DNA from: Candidatus Moraniibacteriota bacterium
GTDB lineage: Bacteria; Patescibacteriota; Minisyncoccia; Moranbacterales; UBA2206
Assembly: GCA_049297495.1 (NCBI GenBank)
Contig: JBAQUL010000026.1
Coordinates: 64,620-128,619, forward strand
Direction of reading: 5' to 3'
DNA length: 64,000 nucleotides
Shown here: positions 1 through 11,160 of the stretch, piece after piece
Layout: every line of letters starts with the position of its first letter
How positions within the stretch are numbered: position 1 is the stretch's first letter
Notes under the pieces: generated by a model
Seen by the model: only the letters and a program-made list of their open reading frames with translations
The model's database searches: none
Told to the model about the DNA's origin: nothing
Translations under genes and position numbers: made by a program

Positions 1-1215
1 AATTCCGGCGGCGGATCAGTCGTCGTCCCCAATGGAACATGGCTCACTGGAGCAATCCACCTCAAGAGCAATATCAACCTTTATCTGGAAAAGGATGCCA
101 CGATTCTTTTCAGCAAAAAGCCTGAGGATTATCTTCCGGTTGTTTTCACGCGCTTTGAAGGTATTGAACTAATGAATTATTCTCCCTTTATCTATGCGAA
201 TAATTGTGAAAATATTTCTATCAGCGGCAAAGGCACACTAGACGGACAAGGAGAGGACTGGCTCGAATGGAAAGCTATCCAAAAGGGTGATGCTCAAAGA
301 CTATACAAAATGGCAGACGAAAACGTGCCAACAGCAGAAAGAATTTTTGCCAAAAAAGGCGATGCCCTTAGGCCTTTTTTTGTGGAATTTGTTAATTGCA
401 GAAATGTTCATTTGTTCGACTTTACACTCAAAAATAGTCCGATGTGGTCAATCCATCCGCTTTACAGTGAAAATGTTTTAATTCGTGGTATCCAAATAAT
501 CACGACTGGACACAATACCGATGGCATTGTCATTGATTCATCAAAATATGTACTAGTGGACAATGTGGATCTGGAAACTGGAGATGATTCCATTTCCATA
601 AAATCAGGTCTAGACAAAGATGGCTGGCGAGTAAATCGACCTTCGGAAAATATTGTCATCAAAAATTCTCGCATGAAGATGGGACACACTGGCATCGCAA
701 TCGGCAGCGAAATGTCCGGCGGAGTCAAAAACATCTACATCCAAAATTGTGCTTTTTCCGATTCGGGACAGGGAGTACGCATCAAATCAATGCCTGGTCG
801 CGGGGGTTATGTAGAAAATATCTGGGCAAGAGATCTTCAAATGAATAATATTGAGAATGCTACATTGCAATTTGATATGGCCTATGACTCTTCAACCAAC
901 GAACCAACAACCGTTGCTCTACCGGACATCAAAAATATTAGCGTCTCCAATGTTAAGACGCAGGGCACTGAACCTAAATATTTAATAAAAATCGATGGAC
1001 TACCCAAACGATCAATGGGAAATATTGCCCTATCCAATATCACAGGATCATCAAAAAAAGGCCTAGAAATTGGAAATGTTAAATCTATCAATCTGGAAAA
1101 TATTACCTTCTCTGCTAAGAAAAAACCATTTGCCGAATTTAACAATGTTGAAGAATTAAACATAATCAATTCTTCTTGTAAAAAAGATGATACCAAGTGC
1201 ATTGAAATAAAATAA
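1..1215 (+). CDS. Glycoside hydrolase family 28-like (polygalacturonase/pectin lyase-fold) protein, 5'-truncated at window edge
   Basis: The reading frame is open from base 1 (NSGGGSVVVPNGTWLTGAIHL...). Parallel beta-helix motifs are present: NTDGIVIDSS, ETGDDSISIKSG, NSRMKMGHTGIAIGSE and QNCAF. Confidence 0.7.
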   Translation, partial: NSGGGSVVVPNGTWLTGAIHLKSNINLYLEKDATILFSKKPEDYLPVVFTRFEGIELMNYSPFIYANNCENISISGKGTLDGQGEDWLEWKAIQKGDAQRLYKMADENVPTAERIFAKKGDALRPFFVEFVNCRNVHLFDFTLKNSPMWSIHPLYSENVLIRGIQIITTGHNTDGIVIDSSKYVLVDNVDLETGDDSISIKSGLDKDGWRVNRPSENIVIKNSRMKMGHTGIAIGSEMSGGVKNIYIQNCAFSDSGQGVRIKSMPGRGGYVENIWARDLQMNNIENATLQFDMAYDSSTNEPTTVALPDIKNISVSNVKTQGTEPKYLIKIDGLPKRSMGNIALSNITGSSKKGLEIGNVKSINLENITFSAKKKPFAEFNNVEELNIINSSCKKDDTKCIEIK

Positions 1216-1216
1216 A

Positions 1217-1241
1217 AGAGTGGAAAAATCCACTCTTTTTC
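1217..1241 (+). terminator. Rho-independent terminator after GH28-like gene
   Basis: A GAGTGGA-aaaa-TCCACTC hairpin is followed by TTTTT. It lies between convergent genes. Confidence 0.6.
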
Positions 1242-1266
1242 TAGCTTATCGCAAGTCAAAAATTAA

Positions 1267-2855
<1,589 letters not shown>

Positions 2856-2874
2856 CTTTAAAAATTTCAAAAAT

Positions 2875-4692
2875 ATGAAAGACCATATTGCTATTTTGGA
2901 TTTTGGTTCGCAGTATATGCATCTCATTGCGAGAAGCGTGAGAGACATGGGCGTTTCGGCAAAGATTTATCCTGATGATATTTCGGCCAAAGAACTCGGG
3001 AGCGCTTCTGGGATAATTATCTCTGGTGGGCCACAATCGGTTTATGATAAAAAAGCACTCACGATTGATAAAAATATTCTAAACTTGGGAGTGCCAATAT
3101 TGGGACTCTGCTATGGCCATCAGCTCCTCGCTCACATGCTGGGCGGGAAAGTTGAAGCTGGAGCACAAGGCGAATTCGGACAAACCAAATTGAATATAAA
3201 CAATGCTACTGAAATTTTTAAGGGCATAAAGAAAAAATCTACAATTTGGATGAGCCACCGCGATTCAGTAACCAAATTGCCAAAGGATTTTAACACACTC
3301 GCTTCAACTGATATTTGCCAAGTGGCTGCTATGGCTAACGATGCAAAAAAGATATATGGTTTTCAATTTCATCCTGAGGTTATCCATTCGCAATTCGGAT
3401 TCGATATGATCCGTAACTTTGTTCTAAATATCTGCAAAGCCAAAAAAAACTGGCACGTTGAAAATGTCTTGGAAAATTTAATAAAGAAAATGCAAAAGCA
3501 AGTCGGAAACAAAAAAGTTTTCATTCTAGTGAGCGGTGGAGTTGATTCGGGCGTAGCCTTCGCACTCCTCACCAAGGCATTAGGAGAAGAGAAAGTTAAG
3601 GGCCTTTATATCGACACCGGATTTATGCGCCTCAAAGAATCGGAGGAAATAAAAAAAGGCTTTCGAGAGGCCGGATTTAGAAATCTGGAAACAGTTGATG
3701 CGAGCACACTTTTTTATAAACGCCTGAAAAATATCTACGAACCAGAGCGAAAAAGAGAAATTATTGGACAAACTTTTTTGGACACAAAGGATATGGTTAG
3801 CAAAAAGCTAAAGCTCAATGACGATCAATGGCTTTTAGGTCAAGGAACGATCTATCCCGATACGATCACATCTGGGGGCACAAAAAATGCACACAAAATT
3901 AAGACGCATCACAATCGAGTTGGCGCTATCAAAAAAATGGTTGAAAAAGGTCTCGTAGTTGAGCCACTAGTAGAATTCTACAAAGACGAAGTTCGAAAAA
4001 CAGGAAGACTTCTTGGTATGCCAGAGCATCTCATTAAAAGACATCCATTTCCTGGTCCAGGACTGGCTATCAGATGTCTATGCTATGATAAAAAGAACAT
4101 TGAAAATCTGTCTTTCGTGGAAAAAGAAGTTGAGGATTTTTATTTGCAAAATTATTCACACATCAACAGGAAACTACTCCCAATCAAATCTGTCGGGGTC
4201 CAAGGCGATGGAAGATCTTATGCTCACCCAGTTGCAATCTGGGGAGAAACTAATTGGGAAAAGTTAGACGAAATTTCTTCCAAAACAACTAATTTTGTCA
4301 AAGGCGTGAATCGAATGGTCCTCCTCCTCAATCCCCCCAAAAAAGGCCAGTTTGAATTTCACAGACCAAAAAAGAACCTCTACATTAGTCCTGAGCGGAT
4401 GGATCTACTTCGTGAAATTGACGCAATTGTTCATAGAACGATCCGCAAGGAGGGTATTTATGATGGGATCTGGGAATTCGTAGTTGTTCTCATTCCCATA
4501 GTGGATGATCGTGGAAGAGAATCGATCGTTCTTCGCCCATTCAATTCTCGCGATGTGATGACTTTGACTTTTTATAAAATGGAATCAAGAATTCTCAAAA
4601 AAATGACCAAAGCCATTCTGGCCACCGGCAAAATATCCTATGTATTTTATGACATAACTAACAAGCCACCGGGAACAACGGAATGGGAATAA
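2875..4692 (+). CDS. guaA: GMP synthase (glutamine-hydrolysing), fused GATase + ATP-pyrophosphatase
   Basis: A GATase motif with catalytic Cys (GLCYGHQLL). A PP-loop (SGGVDSGVA). A dimerisation domain (HPFPGPGLAIRC). The C-terminus ends in KPPGTTEWE. The start was moved to ATG 2875 (MKDHIAILDFGSQY) rather than the ORF-track start inside the palindrome. At about 605 aa it is longer than typical bacterial GuaA. Confidence 0.9.
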   Translation: MKDHIAILDFGSQYMHLIARSVRDMGVSAKIYPDDISAKELGSASGIIISGGPQSVYDKKALTIDKNILNLGVPILGLCYGHQLLAHMLGGKVEAGAQGEFGQTKLNINNATEIFKGIKKKSTIWMSHRDSVTKLPKDFNTLASTDICQVAAMANDAKKIYGFQFHPEVIHSQFGFDMIRNFVLNICKAKKNWHVENVLENLIKKMQKQVGNKKVFILVSGGVDSGVAFALLTKALGEEKVKGLYIDTGFMRLKESEEIKKGFREAGFRNLETVDASTLFYKRLKNIYEPERKREIIGQTFLDTKDMVSKKLKLNDDQWLLGQGTIYPDTITSGGTKNAHKIKTHHNRVGAIKKMVEKGLVVEPLVEFYKDEVRKTGRLLGMPEHLIKRHPFPGPGLAIRCLCYDKKNIENLSFVEKEVEDFYLQNYSHINRKLLPIKSVGVQGDGRSYAHPVAIWGETNWEKLDEISSKTTNFVKGVNRMVLLLNPPKKGQFEFHRPKKNLYISPERMDLLREIDAIVHRTIRKEGIYDGIWEFVVVLIPIVDDRGRESIVLRPFNSRDVMTLTFYKMESRILKKMTKAILATGKISYVFYDITNKPPGTTEWE

Positions 4693-4737
4693 GCAACAGC
4701 ACAAGGACTTGCGTCTAAGCCTAAAAATTAAAAAAAT

Positions 4738-6174
4738 ATGTCAGAAACTATTTTAAAAAAAGTCCAAAAAGAAGTCGGGGCAAAGATTGATATTCTACAT
4801 GACTCAAATAATACTCACAGCCGCTATGCAGTAAACAAAAAAAACTATCGCACCGTGCTGGTCAAAAATATTCCCTTCATCTTCACTTGTGACGAGAAAG
4901 ACAAGCTAGTCATTCTCAAAAATCATTCCATTGCAATCAAAGATGATATCATCACACAAGTTGAGCCATTAGAAAAAATTGAGAAACTTAAATTTGACTT
5001 GATATATGACGCAGGAAAGCGTGGTGGCACCGTTGTCACGCCTGGCCTCATCAATGCCCACGCCCACATCCACATGTATCTCTTGCGAAGTGCAATGATC
5101 CTAGACGAGGAAAAAAGTGTTGACGAAACAATTTCCAACATGGCCGCTTGGCAAAAATTCGAAACAGAAGAATCTCTGTTTTACGCATCAGTCGGCGACC
5201 TGACTGAACAGCAAAAAAATGGCATCACAACAACGCTTACCCACGGTCCCAGCTTTGAATCAGGCGAAATTGCAGCGAGCATCACAAAGCACAACCTAAT
5301 CAATGCCGTAAGTGCTGTGAGTAATTCTCGCCCAAGCAATTCTCCTGAGATGGTGGAAAAATTACTTGAACGCAAAAATCAATTTCATTCAACTCCTGCC
5401 ATCGCCCTTCACTATCTCTATAAAACTCCCTTTTCGACTCTGCGCAAAGTGAAAAAAATTATTGATAAATACCAAACACTATTAACGGTGCACCTGGCAG
5501 AAAGCTTGAATGTGGCGGAAAATACACTACGAAAACACGGCATGAGCGAAGTGGAAGTTTTGAGAAAATTTAAACTCTTAAATTCCCACACTATTGCATC
5601 ACACGCTATTTACATTAAACCGAAAGAAATCGTCGAACTCGCTGAAAACCAAGTCGGAATCGTTCATCTGCCTACTTCAAACGCCCTACATAAAAGTGGC
5701 GTATTTCCTTTTTGGCAATTCAACAATGCTAATGGCTACAGAAACATCTCACTTGGCACTGATAGTGTTGTGAGTAAAAATAAACTAGATCTTCTCACCG
5801 AAGCCTATCAAGCTCGCATCACCCACATTTATTCTCGCCCAATCAAATATGGCACGCTCTTCAAGATGATGACTGCCAATGGCGCGCGCGTTCTCAACCT
5901 CACAGATCGCGGGAAAATTATCCCTGGCATGAAAGCCGACATTGTTTTTTGGAAATTGCGCGATCGTGGATTCATCCCTTTCGACGAAAATAACCCAGCC
6001 ACGCTTATCGGAAATCTCATCACGCATGGAGGAAGAATGGTTCGCGACCTCATGATCAATGGAAAAATCATCGTCAAAGATCGCCGACATCAATTTGTCA
6101 ATGAAACAAAGCTACTTGATGTCCTCCAAAAAAAGCATATGGAAATGCGAAAAAGGAAAGAAAAAAATAGTTAG
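4738..6174 (+). CDS. Metal-dependent amidohydrolase superfamily protein (nucleobase/nucleoside deaminase-like, possibly guanine or MTA/SAH deaminase)
   Basis: N-terminal HxH metal motif (PGLINAHAHIHMYLLRS). Length is about 478 aa. The purine-salvage context next to guaA supports the deaminase guess. Substrate specificity cannot be assigned from sequence alone. Confidence 0.6.
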   Translation: MSETILKKVQKEVGAKIDILHDSNNTHSRYAVNKKNYRTVLVKNIPFIFTCDEKDKLVILKNHSIAIKDDIITQVEPLEKIEKLKFDLIYDAGKRGGTVVTPGLINAHAHIHMYLLRSAMILDEEKSVDETISNMAAWQKFETEESLFYASVGDLTEQQKNGITTTLTHGPSFESGEIAASITKHNLINAVSAVSNSRPSNSPEMVEKLLERKNQFHSTPAIALHYLYKTPFSTLRKVKKIIDKYQTLLTVHLAESLNVAENTLRKHGMSEVEVLRKFKLLNSHTIASHAIYIKPKEIVELAENQVGIVHLPTSNALHKSGVFPFWQFNNANGYRNISLGTDSVVSKNKLDLLTEAYQARITHIYSRPIKYGTLFKMMTANGARVLNLTDRGKIIPGMKADIVFWKLRDRGFIPFDENNPATLIGNLITHGGRMVRDLMINGKIIVKDRRHQFVNETKLLDVLQKKHMEMRKRKEKNS

Positions 6175-7010
6175 TTTTTCTGTCTTAAACTATCTTCAAT
6201 ACCGACCGGCACAATGCCGGTCAGTTTTGTCATGAGAGTATAATCCAAGGAAGTATCCGCTAAAAAATCCACCGGCCTTTCAGTTGGCATTTTTGTAGCG
6301 ATTAAATTATCCGTCGGAACACTAAGTGCCTCCAGTGCCTCTTTGTGAAAATCATAAATACTCATCCTTGGTCCAGCCACATGTATCACTCCTTGAAATT
6401 CAGCTAAACCTAATTTTATTGATGCCTGCGCCACTTCTTCGACACTCAGTGGCGATTTGTACATATCCGAAAAGCGCTCCAGCTTCTCGCCCTTTTTAAG
6501 TGCCTCTGAAGCGTGCCATAAACGAGAATCAAGACGCGTTCCAGAAAATCCATAGATATAACTAGGGCGAATGATGCAATAATTCTTAGAATATTTTTTG
6601 ATTAATTTTTCGCATAATTCCAAGTTCCGTCCATAATTCGTAACTGGCTTCGGGATATCTTTCTCGCTATACATCCCCCGCTCACCAGAAAATATGCCAT
6701 CACTGGAAAGATAAACCAAGCGCATGTCAGCGCAACCAGAAATAAATCGACGCATTGATTTTTCCAAAAGCTCTTTATCTGCTACAAATTCAATTTTTGC
6801 CGACAAAAAAACCACATCGATTTTGTGGTTTTTGAAAACTGCAGAAATATCATCTGAAAAAAAATCAAATTTAACCGAATTAGAATGTTTTGGATTGGTA
6901 TTGTGCGTCACCAAAACATCGCCACCACCCTCAGTTAGTTGCGCCAATATCTCTCCACCCAAAAATCCTGCTCCGATGATAGCTGATGACATAATTTTTT
7001 CATCAATCAT
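6171..7010 (-). CDS. NAD(P)-dependent sugar epimerase/reductase, RmlD-like short Rossmann protein
   Basis: N-terminal GxGxxG (IIGAGFLGGEILAQL). Length about 279 aa. It overlaps the 3' end of the amidohydrolase by 4 bp (convergent) and the upstream gene by 4 bp (ATGA coupling). Confidence 0.5.
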   Translation of the reverse strand: MIDEKIMSSAIIGAGFLGGEILAQLTEGGGDVLVTHNTNPKHSNSVKFDFFSDDISAVFKNHKIDVVFLSAKIEFVADKELLEKSMRRFISGCADMRLVYLSSDGIFSGERGMYSEKDIPKPVTNYGRNLELCEKLIKKYSKNYCIIRPSYIYGFSGTRLDSRLWHASEALKKGEKLERFSDMYKSPLSVEEVAQASIKLGLAEFQGVIHVAGPRMSIYDFHKEALEALSVPTDNLIATKMPTERPVDFLADTSLDYTLMTKLTGIVPVGIEDSLRQKN

Positions 7011-7420
7011 CTTATTTCAGTTTTATACTTTTCCAACATATCTTTATCGCTAAAAACAACTCCACCAATACTTTTTGCCATATCTTCTGAATTCTGATAG
7101 ATTCTGTCTTTCGGATCTTTCTCATCATTACCAATTAACTCACCGCCAGAATCAGTATCCGACGCAGGCATACTCCCGATATTTCTTGGCCTTTCTATGC
7201 CGGCATCTGTCGCTCCAATTTGAGATCTATCTTTCCCATCAATTATTGTCTTGCCCGTTACCGCTCCCGCAATAGCATCACTAGATGGAGCTAGGAACAT
7301 TGCCGCCAATCCAAGTCTAGCCAGAACTTTTCTAAATTTTGACCCAAGTTTTTTCTTTTCATCAGTCTCCTTTTCAGATTTAGCTGCACCACCTAGCATT
7401 TCGCCAAATTTCTCACTCAT
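7007..7420 (-). CDS. Hypothetical protein, low-complexity, K/D/G-rich
   Basis: ORF with start chosen at MSEKFGEML. It is translationally coupled to the downstream RmlD-like gene. No recognisable domain. Confidence 0.35.
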   Translation of the reverse strand: MSEKFGEMLGGAAKSEKETDEKKKLGSKFRKVLARLGLAAMFLAPSSDAIAGAVTGKTIIDGKDRSQIGATDAGIERPRNIGSMPASDTDSGGELIGNDEKDPKDRIYQNSEDMAKSIGGVVFSDKDMLEKYKTEIR

Positions 7421-7632
7421 TTTTTTATGTTTAATGCTTATATCTGCAGTATAGCATAAAATCAGGACTTGCGCGTTTGCCAAAAGCAAGCTTTTCCATA
7501 GCCAGAGTTAATCTGGGAAAAACCTTAATGGTTTTAGGGGTTAAAATAAGTAAAAACGAACTCTAAAAAACCACGCGCCTTAAAGATTGTTTTTGACAAA
7601 TGCGTAAGTCCTAAAATTGAGAAAACAAATCA

Positions 7633-8970
7633 TCACCTAATCAAATTTTCTAATTTTTCCAACATTTCCAATCCTTCAACTATTTCCTGCCTCCGATTCT
7701 CCCATTTGGCCTCAAAGCAGCCATAGTCAATTAACTTAATCTCCAATTTTCCTTCCGTTACTTGAAAAAAAAGATTATCACCAATCATATCAATCATCAA
7801 TTTTTTCTCATCAAGCAATTTCCTCACACCCTCAATAAAGCGCCTTAATACAATCTTATTATCTTCCACTGCTAATGCCGCGACTATCTCTTGCCCATAG
7901 CTACCATCTACAAGTAAATCTATCGTAGAAAGTTTTACTTTCACCGTTGCATCAATTTCCTGTTTTTCCTGAAGTACGAATAGCCGGCTCGAGTTTTCTG
8001 ATTTTAAAATGACCTGCCTGGGCAAAAATTCCTTCCCAACAACATCTCTAATCACTGGATAATAAAATAGTGATCTTTTTTGGTATTCTTGCTTACTCTT
8101 ATCTTCTTTTTGTCTTTCTGCTTTCAGAACATATACAATTTCCTTGGGCACTAAAACATTCCAAAATTCTCCTTGACCTGCGTTGCATTCTTTATCATTG
8201 AGAATTTTGCGTACAATTTGTTTAATTTTTTCTATGCCTAGTTCAGTTAATTCAAAATCGTTAATCTCATTTTCAAAATATTTTGCCAGCTCATTTGCTC
8301 CGCTTTTTTCAAACTCTTCTCTGCCGGCGAAAGCCACCTCGTGAGCCAAGAGTAGTTCACGATATTCAGCTGATATTAATTGCCCACGCAAAACCCGATT
8401 AAAAGACTCATTTAAATCCTTACTATTCGACAATTTATCCATGTACTCCTTATTGTTCAGATCTATCCCCATAAGTTCTACGAGTTTACGCCGTTCATAG
8501 TCAATAAACTTTGCCGAGGTCAAGACATCCAAAAGCTCAGCTTGATTCTCTTCTCGAGGCACAATCCCGAGAGCATCGAGCTTGGCAAGCAAATCTTCAG
8601 CTAACCCAACATTGACCAGCCCCTGTCTTTCTAGTGCTAATCGATCAAACTGTTCATTTTCTTGACCAGCCGATTCCAACACATCGTCAACAATATTTTT
8701 ATGAATCAGCTCATTGGCCTCAACTCCCAGGGGACCAAGTCTTGCTTCCAACTCGCTTTTTTTACTTAAATATTCTTCTTTCCGCTTTTCCTCCAATGCT
8801 TCTTTCTCTTTTTCACCTTCTGCTGCGTATTGAAAATTAGCGATTTCTCGATCAAGCTCCGCCAACCTTGCCAGTCTCTTCTCAGTAGGATTTTTTTCCG
8901 AAATATCAACTTTCACCATATCACAATCTACCATCTCAGACTTTTTCACTTTTTCTTTTTCATCTTTCAT
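7633..8970 (-). CDS. Hypothetical E/K-rich coiled-coil protein
   Basis: A 445-aa ORF with a highly charged heptad-like N-terminal half. The C-terminal segment (KLIDYGCFEAKWE) is faintly kinase/ATP-grasp-like, but no confident motif is present. Confidence 0.4.
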   Translation of the reverse strand: MKDEKEKVKKSEMVDCDMVKVDISEKNPTEKRLARLAELDREIANFQYAAEGEKEKEALEEKRKEEYLSKKSELEARLGPLGVEANELIHKNIVDDVLESAGQENEQFDRLALERQGLVNVGLAEDLLAKLDALGIVPREENQAELLDVLTSAKFIDYERRKLVELMGIDLNNKEYMDKLSNSKDLNESFNRVLRGQLISAEYRELLLAHEVAFAGREEFEKSGANELAKYFENEINDFELTELGIEKIKQIVRKILNDKECNAGQGEFWNVLVPKEIVYVLKAERQKEDKSKQEYQKRSLFYYPVIRDVVGKEFLPRQVILKSENSSRLFVLQEKQEIDATVKVKLSTIDLLVDGSYGQEIVAALAVEDNKIVLRRFIEGVRKLLDEKKLMIDMIGDNLFFQVTEGKLEIKLIDYGCFEAKWENRRQEIVEGLEMLEKLENLIR

Positions 8971-9065
8971 TTTTCTTGAAATATATTAAATTATCCACAC
9001 AAATCCAGTTTGCCACATTTTTCGTATTATGTCATTTATACACGTCAACATACATAACTCTTTAT

Positions 9066-9109
9066 TTTGCATAATAAAACCCCACCAATCGCGAAAGCGA
9101 CCAATGGGG
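9066..9109 (-). terminator. Rho-independent terminator downstream of the PurM-like gene
   Basis: CCCCACCAA-TCGC-GAAA-GCGA-CCAATGGGG forms a GNRA-tetraloop hairpin with an internal loop. On the minus strand it is followed by TTTTATTAT. Confidence 0.45.
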
Positions 9110-9145
9110 CATGCTACAAGGTTAAAGATTTGGGTCAGCAGTAAC

Positions 9146-10363
9146 TCACTCCGGCCTGAGAGAGGAAAGCTCTTTGCCTTCTTTGAAACGAGAATGAATG
9201 ATTATCTCACCCTCTTCAGAAGCCGTCGTTCTGCCAATCACTTGAGCGTGATTACCGTCTTTCCTCGATTCTTCGATAAAAATTTCGGCATCTGCATCAG
9301 CCTCAAAAATAACGACATAGCCAATCGATCCATTGAAAGTCCCATGAGCCCGATAATCAGACAACTTAAGTCTGGGAATATGCCATGAAAGATCTTGAAC
9401 CATGCGTAAAACTTTTGTTGGCTCAGGCATATTATTGAGAACTGCGCCAATACCTTTTGGTAATCGGAGCTTATCCCATATCCCTCCTCCGGTGATGTGA
9501 AACATGGCAATGATTTTTGCGAGTGCTTCACAAATAGTACCATCAGGATTCCAGCCGTGAACCCGCCGAATCGTCTTTGAATAGCTCAAAGAAGGAACCG
9601 CCAAAAGACGCAGTAACTCCATTGCCTCAGGATGTCTATAGAAATCCTGACCATAATAAGCAAGAATGATGTCAATATCAAGAGTAAATCCATTGCAACG
9701 TCCACCACGCTCACTGCAACCCACGATAGGCATATCAGGACGAATACCTGATCCATCCAAATACTTATCCACGTGTGCCAATCCGACACACGTTCCGGCC
9801 ACATTCATAAGCAATTGACTGCCCTGATTTTGATCGCAAAAAGCGGTTACTGCATAGCGAACCACGGCCGATTCGCCTGTGACATTGGCGACGCCAGCTT
9901 CCCGATAAGCATTGCCAAGACCCTGAAGGTATGCACGAAGCAAATGGATATTATTTTCAGTAATTGCCTTCGTATCATAAAAATTGGTCATATAGCATGG
10001 CAGGCCACCACGACGGAGAATATCATGATCTTGCATAACAACTAGGTCATGGCCCAGCCCTTGGAATGCATCTACGGTTCCAAGTGCTCCAACAATTCCA
10101 GGTTTATGCCCACCACCATCGGTCGTCGGGATTTGCCACATAACAGGCTTTCTGCCCCCGGGCGTTTCCACTCTCTCACTCATCAGACTGTTAATATGAG
10201 GTAAGAAGACTACTCCCACCTCACTCTGCCACTCCGGACGACTATCCAAAACAATCTCAATTGCTTTGCAATTCCCGAAGCTTTCTCCATTCGTCTGGAA
10301 GGCCATTGCCGAAGCCATGTTTCCTGGTTTAATCACTTTTTCCTGATACGGGTCTATCTTCAT
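9146..10363 (-). CDS. AIR synthase-related (PurM-like superfamily) protein of unknown specificity
   Basis: The stretch TTDGGGHKPGIVGAL...GLGHDLVVMQDHDILRRGGLP...VTGESAVV aligns with the PurM N-domain (SGTDGVGTKL...IGIDLVAMCVNDL...VGGETAEM). The AGAGGAGGA ribosome-binding site is 7 nt before ATG 10363. The ORF-track start at 10381 would include the ribosome-binding site. Confidence 0.5.
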   Translation of the reverse strand: MKIDPYQEKVIKPGNMASAMAFQTNGESFGNCKAIEIVLDSRPEWQSEVGVVFLPHINSLMSERVETPGGRKPVMWQIPTTDGGGHKPGIVGALGTVDAFQGLGHDLVVMQDHDILRRGGLPCYMTNFYDTKAITENNIHLLRAYLQGLGNAYREAGVANVTGESAVVRYAVTAFCDQNQGSQLLMNVAGTCVGLAHVDKYLDGSGIRPDMPIVGCSERGGRCNGFTLDIDIILAYYGQDFYRHPEAMELLRLLAVPSLSYSKTIRRVHGWNPDGTICEALAKIIAMFHITGGGIWDKLRLPKGIGAVLNNMPEPTKVLRMVQDLSWHIPRLKLSDYRAHGTFNGSIGYVVIFEADADAEIFIEESRKDGNHAQVIGRTTASEEGEIIIHSRFKEGKELSSLRPE

Positions 10364-10422
10364 TGAAAATCCTCCTCTCATCTCGGTTATTAATTTTTGC
10401 CAAACTTCAATCTTGCAAATAT

Positions 10423-10448
10423 AAAAAGAACAGCCTCCTTATTGGCTG
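10423..10448 (-). terminator. Weak intrinsic terminator after the giant gene
   Basis: A CAGCC/GGCTG 5-bp stem followed by TTCTTTTTATATTT on the minus strand. Confidence 0.3.
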
Positions 10449-10519
10449 CCCTCCGCTGCCAATGCTAACCAAACACTAACTGGAAATACTTGAAAAATCA
10501 AGTTTCCGCCAAAACATAA

Positions 10520-11160
10520 TTATTTATAGGGATTTATAACCAATGGCTGACTCCAATCAAACGAGGTCGTGTTTTTGGAAAGCTGGATTGAAACACCATC
10601 CCCAGGATTGACAGAGAAATCCGTTCCCATCCATTGATGGGTAAAAGTATCATAGTAGTAGGACAAGATGTTTTGCGTATCTGGTCGCCATCGAGTAATG
10701 GAAGATATCTTGGCATTGTTTCCATCACCTATCCCGCCCTCCATATCCCGAACCATATCGGACGCTTTTTGATATTTAGTAGTATAGGGAAGAGAGGTCC
10801 AGTTAATATTTGCCTTGGTGATATTCGTTGTAAATGTCTTGGCATTTTGCACGTCACTTCCAGCAATTGTCCAGTTAAAATTAGCTATATTTTTTGATAA
10901 CTGAACAGATATGCCGTCCCCGGGATTCACAGTGAAATCTGTTCCCATCCAATGATGGGTGAATGTATCATAGTAATAGGACAAAATATTTTGTGTATCT
11001 GGTCGCCAACGAGTGATTGAGGATACCTTGGCATTATTTCCATTACCAATCCCCCCTTCCATATCAGCTATTATGTCGGAAGCTTTCTGATATTTCGTAG
11101 CATATGGAAGCGAGGTCCAATTAATATTAGCTTTAGTTGTGTTCGTATTAAAATTCTTCT
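10520..11160 (-). repeat. Tandem duplication (about 321-bp period, about 88% identity) encoding two about 95-aa C-terminal repeats (ANINWTSLPY..KYQKASD..GGIGNGNNAK..RWRPDTQNILSYYYDTFTH.WMGTDF) of the giant protein
   Basis: The DNA repeat was seen directly by comparing 10620-10700 with 10940-11020, and the protein-level duplication by reading the repeats. Confidence 0.7.
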
